Both the position numbers and the translations under genes were made by a program. The notes under the pieces were generated by a model. It saw only the letters and a program-made list of their open reading frames with translations. It made no database searches and was not told the origin of the DNA. DNA of 64,000 bases from Cyanidioschyzon merolae (taxonomy: Eukaryota): assembly GCA_000091205.1 (NCBI GenBank), contig AP006500.2; one strand, written 5' to 3'. This document shows positions 33,233-44,814 of this stretch, piece by piece. Within the stretch, counting starts at the first letter, position 1. Each line of letters opens with the position of its first letter.

Positions 33233-36200
33233 GAGCAGCTCAAGTTGAGTTTGGACGGTAGGTATGGCACCCAAGCGGCGCACGAAAATGCCAGCAAAGC
33301 GAGCGGGCGCGTATCGAACGGGTTCTATGGCTGGAGCCCGAAACGTTGCGGATGCGTTATGAGCCGCGGGCCGGGTACCTGCTGATTTTTTTTGGATGAA
33401 GGTAAGAAAGCATCAGAAGCGCAACGCGGCTCCTGATGTGCTACATGCTGATATGCGCAGGGAAAGTTTGGCGCACGCTTAACTTAATGTAAAGCATGAG
33501 GAGTAATTGAGGATGTTCTCGTTCTTCCCATTGCTCTTTGCGGCGACAAGGCAGACCTTCGAACGCGCTGAATGCTGCTGCTGTCGCTCAAGTGCTATAG
33601 TTCATGGATTCGTTGCGATGCTCGCGTCATTCCCGAAGCTTGGATACGCGCGCTCGTCTGCATGAGAGAAAGGCCTGGGAGCGTCTTCGAATACCACGTG
33701 ACCGTGTCATAGCAGCGGCTACAAATGGTTTTCTCTGACACCCAGCAGAAAGCGTAAAGAAAAGCAATGTCTCCCTAGCGACCGCAAAAGCGATGAACGC
33801 TTGCTCGCGGACGCGGAGAAGGATCTGCCCATGTCCGCGCGCCTGCCGCTAGGGTTTGCTGACTCGCCTTGCCAATGGCCTTCACTAGCAAGCTGCCGAG
33901 TTCAACGTTTGGTTTGCCTAACCATGGACCTCTGAGTTGCTTTGCGTGCGACCTACGCCAGACAGTAGCTCGCAACCTTAAGTGGTGTAACTGGCGATAG
34001 TACGCATTCTTGGTACATGCGCCACTAGAACCAGGTAGAGACCTCCATGAGAGCCTCGTCACTGCAGCTTGAACTGAGAACACTCCTATTCGATTTCGTT
34101 GGACCGCGGGATTGTCTAAACAAAGCACGAGATCCTCGACTGCGCGATGTTTAACGTCGCAGCAGTGAAGTACGGAGCACCCGCGCTAGCACGTCGTTCT
34201 TGTTTGATTTGATTTTCTCGCAGATATTCTTCACAAGGAATGCTTCCAGTATCTTCAAGAAAAGTCGCTGGGATGCTTTATACTGTCACAGCTGGCTTGC
34301 GAAAATTATCGGCCTCTTACAAGCAAGTTATTCCAAATTCAGTGGGTGGACAAACCTTCCGCCTCGTCGTGCATATGCACGCCGTCATGCGCCCAACGCA
34401 GAACTTTTCTTTAACTCTGTTTACACAACTGTATCTTCGTCAATCCATTCCATTCCGTACCTTGTCTTCGCGAGACTGCCAAAGAAGCCACGCGATGTGA
34501 AGTTCATGTTCCGTTGACTCGATCGCTGACGAACAAACACGGATGGACGAAAAAAAGCAGGCTTCAACCGGAAGCGTCCAGCGTTGAATACCACGCTATC
34601 GATATCGGGCGGAAACGCGGATGCGCATTTCATGGGTGACGGGCATTCGTCTCACTCGATGACACTTCACTCCGGAGATGTCGTCCACCGGTAGATGGGT
34701 ACACAAAGGGCAGCAAAACGCCGTTCGTGAAACTGAGACATGCAAGCATGACGACAACATCAGCCCTGGCCGCGGTTCGATCACATGGTTATCGACAATT
34801 CGAATAACGCGCAAGTTCCTACGAAACCTGATGCTTCGTCGAAGCACGCTTCGTGGCTTCTCACTGCGATACGCTTCCGTCCTACTCTTCGATAATGTGA
34901 CTTTCGATCGTTCAAAAACGGTCAACAAGTAAACAGGTGAGATTGGCACTGAGCGGCGCATCGAGCTAGCCTATTTTCCCTGGTTCAGTCCAGTCCACGA
35001 AGCCTTCTCTGTTGTCAAACGCCTCGTTTATGGCAACAGATTCATAGACGAGTCGTTCGCATCCGTGATCCCTTTCTTCGGAAAATCGTTCTGTACCTTT
35101 GTTAGCCCTGAGCTGCTGTGCAGGCGCTATGATCATGCACGGGAGAGAGAGAGAGCTTATGCACTTCGGTTCATGGGCGTGCTCGTGATGAAGAAAATGA
35201 CGAAAATGTCGGTAAGAAATAGGCGATACACGATTAGAGAAGGCTAGCTTCGGGAAAAACGTCCAGCCAGAGTTCCGAAGAAAGAACGGTTATGGAGTAC
35301 ATCAAATACTGTTACGCAACCCAGCCAGGTAAAGGAAGATGGGAAGACGGGGCTGGTCTCTGCGAGTAGATACGAAAGATGCGAACAACCTCACGAAAAG
35401 CATCTGCGATGCTCATTCAAGCTTCCTTGTTTACGGAGAAGAAATGAAAAGAAGTTTACCGGGAAGATGCGGATCGGCGACATGTCCATCTGCATGCACT
35501 TCATGAAACCTAGGCCTACATCGAGCAACGGAGCTTATTTCCATTCATTCAAGGCAAATGAAGAGCAAAACTTTGTGATGAGCATGTATCCCGGGTTCGA
35601 GGAGGTTACAGCGGCCGCCGAACCCTGAAATCATGCGCATGGATCAAAAGACGTCAATGGAAAGCAAGCCAAGCGGCTAAACGGTTTCAACATTGACTAG
35701 TATAGAGAGTCGGGCATGGCAGACGCCAGGACGCATACGAACAAGAGGAATGACGGCGTCGAAAGTTATCTCGACGTTCTGAGCACCGCATCGAGCATGG
35801 CGTTATGCTTTGTATGTCTCGTTCGGAGCGCATACAAGTGTCCAAGTTGCACGTGCGGACCGTGTTTCGTGGACATGGACAACACAGAGCTGGAGTCGCC
35901 AATGACGTGCATTAGACGGGGTATGAAATGTGCATCCACCAACTGGCTCAATATCCAGGGAGGGGATATAAAAGACGCATAGCATCGTTTGATGGTGATA
36001 GCAAATTGCACTGGACGTGCCGTGGTACGGAATGGGTGGACTCCTGCATTCTCGCCGATAGCGTACCACGAGTGCAGAAATCGGCTCTGCTCAATTCCCG
36101 TCGATGCGGTTACAGCGACATACACACGTCATGAGCACGGGTGAACGCTCTGACAGACACAGAAGAAGAGTTTGGAGCGGATCCGTGCGCTTGAGTTTTG

Positions 36201-37540
36201 TGCGAGGTGAGCCAACCGAGCATCCGATGCCGAGGCCATTAAAAATAAAAAGGCTCGCTATGGAGTTCTTCGATCGGCAACTATATCCGCGCAAGCACTT
36301 TCCGCACCAAAACGTGACCGCTCCGATTAACATTCGAAGATGTCTCGTACTTCAGAAGCGTCCGGTGGCTTTACGTCGAGCGATTTTCTTCGATGCAATC
36401 ATTCTGGACTTAGTGTAGGTATTGCGCTGAAATATACAAGACTTGCGTTGAAAAAATCAGTGGCCAAGAGCGCGAGCTTGGATTCCCGCCTGGAGCAACC
36501 CACAGGGGTGGCACGGTTCAGGAATCCAGCAAGGCTCCAGTACCGCGCACATCTTTCCACCTGAAACGATTTCTATGGACAGTCGGTAGACGATCATCAT
36601 ATTCCATTATTCGATATTCCTAGCAATAAAATCAGCTCGATGCGAATTGCTAGCCTATATAGGTGCACGCGAAAGTGAGCAGCGCTCTTTTGCAACCTCG
36701 CGCGTCTCGGATGCGTGCAGCGCCTCCGAAGTGACGGATTTCATGGACGCTCGTGACGTCCGATTTTTCCATGGACAAAACGTCTACATTGGCCAGCGTG
36801 CTCCGATTACGCGCTTTTATCTTCTTTCTTTTTTTCTGTGTTTTTTTGCAGTGCGCGGTGACGTCCGATCCGTTTCCGACACATGCTCAGATACGCCGCA
36901 ACTCAAACTCAGGGTAAATTATCTCATGAGCAGTATTCACTGGTAACTTTGAAAGATCACTTCCAGCCGTAACAGCTACCGCTTGAGAATACTGAGGCAA
37001 TCGCATTGCCAGCGGCATCTGGAGCTCAACGACGCCATCGCGTTGCCGATCCTGGAACTTGCCTCGCTCTCCGAGCACGCAAAAGTCGCTCCGTCTCCGT
37101 GCGAGGCACGCGCAGTGGCCGTCGATGCAGCGCCGTCGCAAGCGTCCACCACAGGCGCGCTGGGAACACCCATATCAGTAGTGGATCCCTCCAACTTCTA
37201 TTTCAAACAAGAGGCCCGTTCTACACCTTATGGAACGTACTGATCTTTAGAAAGCAAGGATAATCCTATTTTGGACTGCTGTTCGGCATGATGCATCCCC
37301 AGGGTGCTCCTTCAGATCGTCGACCTACCAGCGTCCAGCAGCGCTCGCGAGTACGCGGCAGTGTGCGCGCGCTTGACACGCGGCCCGCGACACGCATCGC
37401 GTTCGCCAACGAATCTGCATCCGCACCTGTCACGTGTACTGACGAGAAACGGGGCGGGTAGCAACGCCTTTGGACGGAGGGTTTGTGTTTGCTGCTCGTT
37501 GCAGCCGTTCTGGGTGCACTCAGTGACTACGTGACTGGAG

Positions 37541-37602
37541 CTGCGAGGTCTAGGTTGGGTGCTGACCTCGCAGTTGACTGCTCATCGACCGCTTTTTTTT
37601 TT
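37541..37602 (+). promoter_or_regulatory. Perfect 10-bp inverted repeat (CTGCGAGGTC, 13-nt loop, GACCTCGCAG) followed 20 nt later by a T10 run, ending 4 nt before the GDPD ATG.
   Basis: Stem 37541-37550 and 37564-37573. T10 at 37593-37602. ATG at 37607. Confidence 0.5.
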
Positions 37603-37606
37603 GTAA

Positions 37607-39841
37607 ATGAGCGCACCCGTGGAGCGACTCGAGGAAATTGACGTGGCAGTTCAGCGGGCTGCGCAAGACTTTAGCCTTCGGGAGTTGCACTTCCACGCGC
37701 TGCCGGCGGTCTATCGGCAGGAACTGGAGGAGCAAGAAGGTGCGGTATCGCAGCGTGCGAGTGGTCCCAGGTGCAGCGTTGGTGTTGCGGTGAGCGGTGT
37801 GCCTGCAGAGGCGGCGGCGCGCAAACTCGCGCGCGACACCCGTGCGGACATCCTGCTTCGCGTTACGCTCGGTGAACCGCGCATTGGCTCTTTCCAAGCA
37901 ATAAGCTTGCGTCGCCAGAGACTGCGTACGAATTCGGAACTGGAGGTATTCCAATGGCTGGAGCGCCGTCTCGAAGGCCAGGGCCACGGCGTCGCGGATC
38001 CGAGCACAGGAAGCGCTGCGGATGGAGGCGCGCTCCTCTTCCGCATCACCGGCCCTGAAGGTGTGCAGCATGTATTTACAGGTTGGTCGAACGATTGGAT
38101 ACAGTGCACGGCGGTTTTTCATGCGAACTTTTTTGATGATCTAGACATGCTGGTGGACGTGCTCTGGAACCCGCCCGAAAACGGAACATCTGGAGGACAG
38201 GCCACCTCCACGAGCCAGTTTATCGGCAGAGCGGCCATCATGGCTTCAGAGCTCGTCGAGATGAAGGGTGTACTGCAGCGACCGTTGGTCAATGACGCGC
38301 ATAGCGTCATCGGTGAATTCCGGTGCGAATACTGTGTGATTAAGCCGTACGCGGGTACCTTGCCTCCGCGAATGGCACAGTTGCGTTTCAGTCTGAATGA
38401 AGGAATCAATGAGCGCAAGAAGATCCAACTTATCGGTCATCGCGGGGCTGGTAGTCAAAAAACGCGCAGCCGCGTCCAGGAAAATACGGTGTTGAGCTTT
38501 CTGACCGCGATACGCAAGGGCCTGGTGGATGCGATCGAGCTGGATGTGCAGTTGACCCGCGATCAAGTACCGGTCATTTACCATGATTTCTTCATCCGTT
38601 GCGTAGACGAGGACGACGTCGATGAGAGTGACGACGAGCGTTTTCGGACCGCGTGGAGCGCTTCACCCGTTCGCTCGGATCGCGGTGCGCGTCTCAACGA
38701 GAGCATGTTGAACGGCTCCCGGGTTTTGACGCGCTCATCACGGACTCCAGATGACAGTGCCGAAGACGTACACTGCACCTGTGAAACGGCCAACTTAGAG
38801 TATGCTTCGGAGCGTGACAGTTGCAGAGCGTCTGCAGTCTCGGCGAACAGCACACACCATGTTGCAGCAGCGGATGCAACGGCCCCGCCGTCGACGAACA
38901 CGCTGACGAATGCCTCGACGAGCGATCAGCCGCACTGTCTCCGGGATCATGCTCGGGCGAGTGGCAAGGCGAACCAACCGAAATCGAGGCGTTACGGAAC
39001 ACCTATTTATTCTCTAACGTACGAAGAGTTCAAGAGCGCGTGCCGCAGCATGCCCCGTTCGCGCAGCCGCGGCGGTAATCTCCGTGTCCACGGAACGACA
39101 CCGCAGAGAGAGCCGCGCTGGTCCGATGAGTGGTCGGATTTCACGCGGGTGGCATCATCGGACGGGAACCTGGGGTATCTGGTACGCCATTTCTCCGAGA
39201 GCAGTGAGCGCACCGATGACGCGAATCCTATCGCGATGATACGGGACAACGCGCTGCCGTCGCTGCGTCGCGTTCTTGATCGGGTTCCCGAGGAAATCAC
39301 GCTTCTTGTCGAAATCAAGTATCCAACACCAGAATTAATGAGAGAAACGTCGCTACCCTATCCGGAGCGCAATCACTTCATCGATCGCGTCCTCGAAGTC
39401 ATTTTCCAGAAGGGCAGCCTCAAGCGTCGCATTGTCTTTCTCAGCTTCGACCCGGATGTTTGTCTGATGGTTCGCAAGAAGCAAGCCATTTACCCGGTAT
39501 GCTTCCTGAATGCGGCTGGACGAAGCGCCATGAGTGAACATAGCGACCCGCGGGCACTTAGCGTAGCGAACGGCATCGCGTTTGCGGTCTGGGCCGGCCT
39601 CGACGGCATGGTGCTTCTGTGTGATCTGATTTTCGAAGAGCCTGGTATCGTTGAAATCATTCATTCCGCTGGACTCAAAGTTTACTGTTACGGGAGCTCT
39701 ACCGCCGAGCCTCATTACTGTGAACAGCTCATTCATTGGGGTGTCGACGGTATTATCGCCGATCGGGTCGGCTACATTGCACGAGCCTTGAACCCACTCT
39801 TCATGGCGAATGCGAATCCGGAAACGATCGAAACCGCGTAA
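37607..39841 (+). CDS. Glycerophosphodiester phosphodiesterase (GDPD/GP-PDE) domain protein, 744 aa, with a ~270-aa N-terminal domain and a long low-complexity insertion splitting the GDPD fold.
   Basis: GDPD catalytic motifs LIGHRGAGSQ ... ENTVLSF ... AIELDVQLTRDQVPVIYHDF. The C-terminal half of the barrel is LLVEIKYPTP, FLSFDPDVCLMVRKK and GLKVYCYG, after a Ser/Ala/Arg-rich insert of about 230 aa. N-terminal domain not assigned. Confidence 0.75.
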   Translation: MSAPVERLEEIDVAVQRAAQDFSLRELHFHALPAVYRQELEEQEGAVSQRASGPRCSVGVAVSGVPAEAAARKLARDTRADILLRVTLGEPRIGSFQAISLRRQRLRTNSELEVFQWLERRLEGQGHGVADPSTGSAADGGALLFRITGPEGVQHVFTGWSNDWIQCTAVFHANFFDDLDMLVDVLWNPPENGTSGGQATSTSQFIGRAAIMASELVEMKGVLQRPLVNDAHSVIGEFRCEYCVIKPYAGTLPPRMAQLRFSLNEGINERKKIQLIGHRGAGSQKTRSRVQENTVLSFLTAIRKGLVDAIELDVQLTRDQVPVIYHDFFIRCVDEDDVDESDDERFRTAWSASPVRSDRGARLNESMLNGSRVLTRSSRTPDDSAEDVHCTCETANLEYASERDSCRASAVSANSTHHVAAADATAPPSTNTLTNASTSDQPHCLRDHARASGKANQPKSRRYGTPIYSLTYEEFKSACRSMPRSRSRGGNLRVHGTTPQREPRWSDEWSDFTRVASSDGNLGYLVRHFSESSERTDDANPIAMIRDNALPSLRRVLDRVPEEITLLVEIKYPTPELMRETSLPYPERNHFIDRVLEVIFQKGSLKRRIVFLSFDPDVCLMVRKKQAIYPVCFLNAAGRSAMSEHSDPRALSVANGIAFAVWAGLDGMVLLCDLIFEEPGIVEIIHSAGLKVYCYGSSTAEPHYCEQLIHWGVDGIIADRVGYIARALNPLFMANANPETIETA

Positions 39842-41088
39842 GCTATCAAGATGATTCACAGGGCCCAGTGCTGCGCAAAATCGGTCACCAATGCGAAACC
39901 GAAAGTGGGTTCAGAAGCAGCACCTGACCCGATGAGTGCGACACCGCGTCGGTACTGACGCAAGCACGACGTCTACACGCGAGCGACCGGCATGCCGGGC
40001 AACGGTGTTACGGTCGACAAGTCGCACCGTCGACGCACCCAAGGACGAGCGTCGTCGGCGCTTTGTGCCGTGCGTGCACGTTCGTGCGTCGTGAACTAGA
40101 GCGCCACCAGCATCAACGGTATCATCGGTATCACCTCGGGGCGATCATTTGCCTTGAAGCGACGCTTGGTCGTTTGCGTATGCCTCGAGACGCGATGTGT
40201 GCCGCGGTCCGACGTGTACGCAGTGCGGCAAGTACCGCAGCAGCATGACGACCTTACCAATACCATGCAGGATATCGCGAGCGCCGGACGATCGATGCTT
40301 TTGTGGATTTCGCTCCAACACTGTGGACAGTGGGATTTGGTGCACACGACGTGGGCGTCCATCGCTGGGGTCGGCAAAGGTGCCGATCACGCGCTTCGCC
40401 TTGTGATTTCGATGTATTGGGAAATGCTCCAGGCACAATGCCCGAACGATCGAACGAATGCTATACAGCACCAAGCGCTGCAGGGACCCAGACCAGACCG
40501 CAATGACAGGCAGGGCTATTTGTGATGGGCGAAGCTCGTCGTGATGCTAGCGGGGCGATTCTGGGGTCATCCAGCATGATATAAAATCATTTCAAAGAGC
40601 GCAGGGAACTCGCTCGTTCCGTGGGAGTGCGCATCTGAGTAATCCCGGATGCTGATGAAGCGACTTGTTCTGCTCTCGTGCTCGAACAGAAAGGTTACCA
40701 TTTCAGATACAGTGTGTAAACAACATCTCGAGCACCTGCGGTTACAAATGCGTTGTTTCGGACGCAGGTCTGCGTCGGTCTCGGAGGCATTCGTTTGGAG
40801 CTTGTGTCCGGGGCACGCGTTCCCGAAACGCTTTTGACACCGTCTGGCGCTGATCCGCTGTACCCTTTCTAGCATCGGATACGGATACAGTTGGCGATTT
40901 CACACGGGGAGCCGAATGTTGCACGGGCGTATCTCGAGGCCAGCAAGCATACTGCTATTACGCTTGCCCGTGTGGTGCGTCTGCGCGAATACCCTGGTGA
41001 TGGACCCGACCGTCCAGGTCTGTTCATGGTCCGACCGAGGCGCTCGATGACACAGGCCTCTCGAGTGCATTCCTCGGAGCTGCAGATT

Positions 41089-41781
41089 CTAGACAAACTT
41101 GGGAGACGGTCCCGCTGAATTGTCTCGGGCCGAATCTGAACCCTCATTCGTACCGGACTTTGCCTCTAATAAAAGCTGCGTACAACGAAACAGCGCAATG
41201 GGATGGTGGACGACCCCACGGGTCTCGGGTGTCGCTCGTGTGCGCACCTCAGCGTCCCATACTTGGGTAGTACGGCCGGCGTGCCGCAGCCATGCCTCTA
41301 CCTCCAAGTCACCGCTGAGGGCGGTACCAAGAAACTGGCTCGAGAGCTGCACGGTTGCAAAGTTAATACGGTTTGGCGGTAGGCTTATATAACAACCGTA
41401 TCCACATGCAGTGTCAGCAAGCGTGACGATGCTGCCTGCGTGGAGGTATCCGTTCGCTGCTAGCAACGAAGGCTGAATCGGCAGTGACGCGACGACACGA
41501 CCATACTCAACGTGGTCGATTCGGAAACCAACTAGCCGCGGTAGCCCCGTTACGCGCTCATTCAACAAGCCCACGAGTGACGCCCAGTCCTTTGGGGTAC
41601 GCTCACGAGTCCGTTGATCGGCGTTCTGGTGCTCGCCTGCGCGGTGGCTCTTCCGGCCTGAACCACTGGATGCAACTCGGCTCCGTGGTTGGCTCCAGCG
41701 TGACGATCGGCCTCGAGGCCGTTGCAGTTGAGCCAGAAGCGGTAGTCTCCAGAGCGATTCACCTACAGGCCGAGAAAGCAT
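41089..41781 (-). CDS. Hotdog-fold acyl-CoA thioesterase (PaaI/thioesterase-superfamily-member-like) with an N-terminal presequence.
   Basis: The track ORF starts at a GTG at 41799. The in-frame ATG is 41779-41781. Contains LVGFRIDHVEYGRVVASLPI ... NGYLHAGSIVTLADTACGY ... TTQVWDAEV. Confidence 0.55.
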   Translation of the reverse strand: MLSRPVGESLWRLPLLAQLQRPRGRSSRWSQPRSRVASSGSGRKSHRAGEHQNADQRTRERTPKDWASLVGLLNERVTGLPRLVGFRIDHVEYGRVVASLPIQPSLLAANGYLHAGSIVTLADTACGYGCYISLPPNRINFATVQLSSQFLGTALSGDLEVEAWLRHAGRTTQVWDAEVRTRATPETRGVVHHPIALFRCTQLLLEAKSGTNEGSDSARDNSAGPSPKFV

Positions 41782-42893
41782 GGACCCGTGACACCACACG
41801 CAGCGCTGCTGGAGCAGTACGCACCCTGTTTATCGCACACGATCGCTGCGTCTAACCAGACCCTGCCCGCTCCGATGGTTTTGTCGACAACCCGAGAACG
41901 AGACTAGCCCAGATACCCTACGATATTGAAACGGAAGCGTGTATATGTTTGTGTTTGCCGGTCAAGGGTAGCCAGGTTGCTAGCGATCAACGCGCTGCTC
42001 GAATGCTGATAATGAGCGCATCGTCAGCGATCCGCTGCTTCTTGCCGCAGGTGGTAAAGCGCACTTGCACAAGCACGAGCACTCGAATATTTCACCAACC
42101 ATATGTACTCGTTTGACACAACGTTTACATAAATCATGAATTCCCGATTGCGTGATGCATCTTGGCATTCGAGTGAGCACTGATCATGCTTCACATCTAC
42201 CTCCAGGTACCCGGATGGAAACTTGCTCTCGGATGCGCCAGCTGGTCGATGATTGTGCCTGCGCAGTCGCAGGGCCTGGGGCGAGGGCGTCTACCGGCGC
42301 CTCTGCAAGGCTGAGCTGGAGGTCCTCGCTCCGGGCACTAGACTTTGTTTCATGGAGGATCTCTGAATCTAGACAGGGATACCCGAGTCTGCCACTTTTT
42401 TATCTGTCTGTGTGGGAGCAATCAGCGATCCGTCGCCATTCGGTTGTGTTGCTCTTGTTTCAGCCCAGACTTGTGCTCCGGGATCATGGATATGGCGCAC
42501 GCTTGTCGCGCAGCGGCCTGGAAGGACACTGAGCGCACGAAGCGCCCTCAAAAGGTTCTCCGCATCGAAACGAGTGGATATGCGGTTCGAGCGATGCTGC
42601 AAGCGGGTTGTACATTGAGACATCTCGCTTGAGGCATCTGGGCTGACGCTCCTGGCGTTCATCGCCCAAACGGGGGAAACCAAGCCTCCGAGCAGAGACA
42701 CGTGCGTGCTGCGTATCGTTCACAAACCACGAATTGCACCGATCCGTCGCATTCTGGACGATAATGACGCCTCCAGTGGGCGCCTGCATACGGTTGCTGC
42801 GCGCTTTTCCAGGAGCCCGAGATACCTGCGAGGCGGAGGCGCTCGACAGAGCTACCCGATGTGCCGCAGCCTGGGGCGCGTTGGCGAGACCCG

Positions 42894-42894
<1 letters not shown>

Positions 42895-42940
<46 letters not shown>
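42895..42940. repeat. (GCT)15 microsatellite.
   Basis: Seen directly. It lies in the 1.4-kb divergent intergenic region between the thioesterase gene and the purple acid phosphatase gene. Confidence 0.9.
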
Positions 42941-42941
<1 letters not shown>

Positions 42942-43173
42942 GTGATCTAGGGGATACGTCCCCGTCTATCGGCTCGAACAGGTCACTTGTCAAGCGTCGA
43001 TATTTCCGTGGATGCACCAGTTGGCAGCGGCCGCGCAGATGCGCAAGATTCGATCCAGAGCGCATCCACGGGAATCGAAGCCTCAGCTGCATCCACCTCG
43101 CCGATGTGCACATGGAGTCTCATCGAAGGAAAAACATTTTTGTTGTTCATTCTGACTAGCACGAGACCATCCT

Positions 43174-44814
43174 ATGATGCGTAGACTTTGGGCAATTTTA
43201 TGCATTACAGCAATTGCACTGGTGAGCGTGAGGCCGGCACGAACGATGCCCGCGGATGTTCAGGTGCGCAGGGACGTGGATCTGTTCCACTCGTTTGGTC
43301 GATATCTGCGCGAGAAACTGGTGCACGGACGCGAGGTGGTGTTCGATCGACCACTTGTGCAGTTTTTTCAACGCGCGAGCACGCAAGGCGAGTGGTTCAA
43401 ACACGTCCTGAAAGGCTTGGAGGGCTACTTTCCCTTTGATCCAAACCTGAGTGGTCAACTGAGCCTCTTCTTCAGCGCGCTTGTCGAGGGAACCTGGTTC
43501 GAGCCCCAAAACAACGGCACCTGTCAATGCTGCGACCCGTCGAACCCGTTGTATGCGTATCATGTGCATATCGGAATGACTGGCAACGCCGGCGAAGTGG
43601 TGATCTCGTACAATACCCAGGAGAAGCCACCGCAAAGCTGCCTCTACGTCGCCGAAGAGCACACGAGCAACCAGACCAAGTTCTGCACGGAGGATGTCCG
43701 GACGACGTCTCTGGGATCCGGCCTGAGCCCCTTCCTGTGTACCGGTTGGTCCGGCTATGCGAGTCATGTGAAAGTGAATGGTCTGCAACCGGGCAAACGC
43801 TACACCTACACGATTCCAGGTAGCCCCGGAAACGTGTCGTACACATTCATGGCGCCCTACGGGAACACCACAAAAACCACGAAACTGGCGTACTTTACGG
43901 ATATCGGAACCAAAGGCGGCGAGCCGGTTATCAATACGCTGCTGTCGCGGCTCGATGATTTCGACTACATGATCATGCCTGGAGATCAGAGCTATTGCGA
44001 CGGATATCACGGATGCTTCGATGCATACATGAAGTTGATACAACCTCTCGCAGCCCAGAAGCCGTATATGGTTGCAACCGGCAATCACGAGGGTCCCTGG
44101 AATTTCTCGTACGTGCGCACCAACTTTTACTTCCCGGTGAGTGAGAGCGGCGCGGCGCCTGATGCGCTCTGGTACTCGTTCGATGAAGGTCCAATCCATT
44201 TTGTTATGATGAATTACGAAAATTACTTCGATTATCCCGATGGAGAATGGTCCATGACCCAACCGGCACCGATTAGCACCTATCCGGGGCAGATCGAGTG
44301 GCTTCGTCGCGACCTGGAGGCCTTCGCCAAGCGCCGCGAACACGATCCCTCGCTCTGGCTGATCATGATGGCACATCGACCGCTCACCTGCAATGTCACC
44401 GACAAGAGCTGCAATCATTTTGGACCGATCCTCGAGCAGGATGTGTTTCCACTGATGTACGAGTACAAGGCGGACATGTATTGGTGCGGTCATGTGCACG
44501 CGTATGAGCGTGTCAGCCCCATCAACAATGTGACCCGCGAGCTATGCTCGGACTGCGTACGGGATAACGCGACGTTGTACTACAAGCCGCCGTATCCTGT
44601 GCAGATCATGAACGGCATCGCAGGGCGTGCAGTCGCCGACAATGATTATTTCACCCCTGGTGTGAGCTATCCACCGTTTGTGGCGCAGCATTATAGCTCG
44701 ATCAATTACCCCTATGGTGGGTATGCGCTGGTAAGCGTGGACAACAACGTGCTCAATTTCACGCTCTACAACACCAGCGGTGCGGTACTTGACCATTTTC
44801 GTATTGAAAAGTGA
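43174..44814 (+). CDS. Secreted purple acid phosphatase (metallophosphoesterase), 546 aa.
   Basis: N-terminal signal peptide MMRRLWAILCITAIALVSVRPARTMP. Metal-ligand motifs GDQSY, GNHE and GHVHAYER. There are many NxS/T sequons. Confidence 0.85.
   Translation: MMRRLWAILCITAIALVSVRPARTMPADVQVRRDVDLFHSFGRYLREKLVHGREVVFDRPLVQFFQRASTQGEWFKHVLKGLEGYFPFDPNLSGQLSLFFSALVEGTWFEPQNNGTCQCCDPSNPLYAYHVHIGMTGNAGEVVISYNTQEKPPQSCLYVAEEHTSNQTKFCTEDVRTTSLGSGLSPFLCTGWSGYASHVKVNGLQPGKRYTYTIPGSPGNVSYTFMAPYGNTTKTTKLAYFTDIGTKGGEPVINTLLSRLDDFDYMIMPGDQSYCDGYHGCFDAYMKLIQPLAAQKPYMVATGNHEGPWNFSYVRTNFYFPVSESGAAPDALWYSFDEGPIHFVMMNYENYFDYPDGEWSMTQPAPISTYPGQIEWLRRDLEAFAKRREHDPSLWLIMMAHRPLTCNVTDKSCNHFGPILEQDVFPLMYEYKADMYWCGHVHAYERVSPINNVTRELCSDCVRDNATLYYKPPYPVQIMNGIAGRAVADNDYFTPGVSYPPFVAQHYSSINYPYGGYALVSVDNNVLNFTLYNTSGAVLDHFRIEK

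Noticed and set aside
37550-38122. 190-aa minus-strand ORF, and 37711-38109, overlapping the GDPD N-terminal region.
   Set aside because: They are antisense to a gene with strong similarity. The composition looks like a GC-rich shadow ORF.
42484-43113. 209-aa ORF with a 13-Ser run.
   Set aside because: It is created by the (GCT)15 microsatellite. It has no other coding signal and lies in a promoter region.
43198-44499. 433-aa minus-strand ORF fully antisense to the purple acid phosphatase gene.
   Set aside because: It has no recognisable motifs. The plus-strand reading gives a complete, well-conserved phosphatase. Long antisense ORFs are expected in GC-rich coding DNA.
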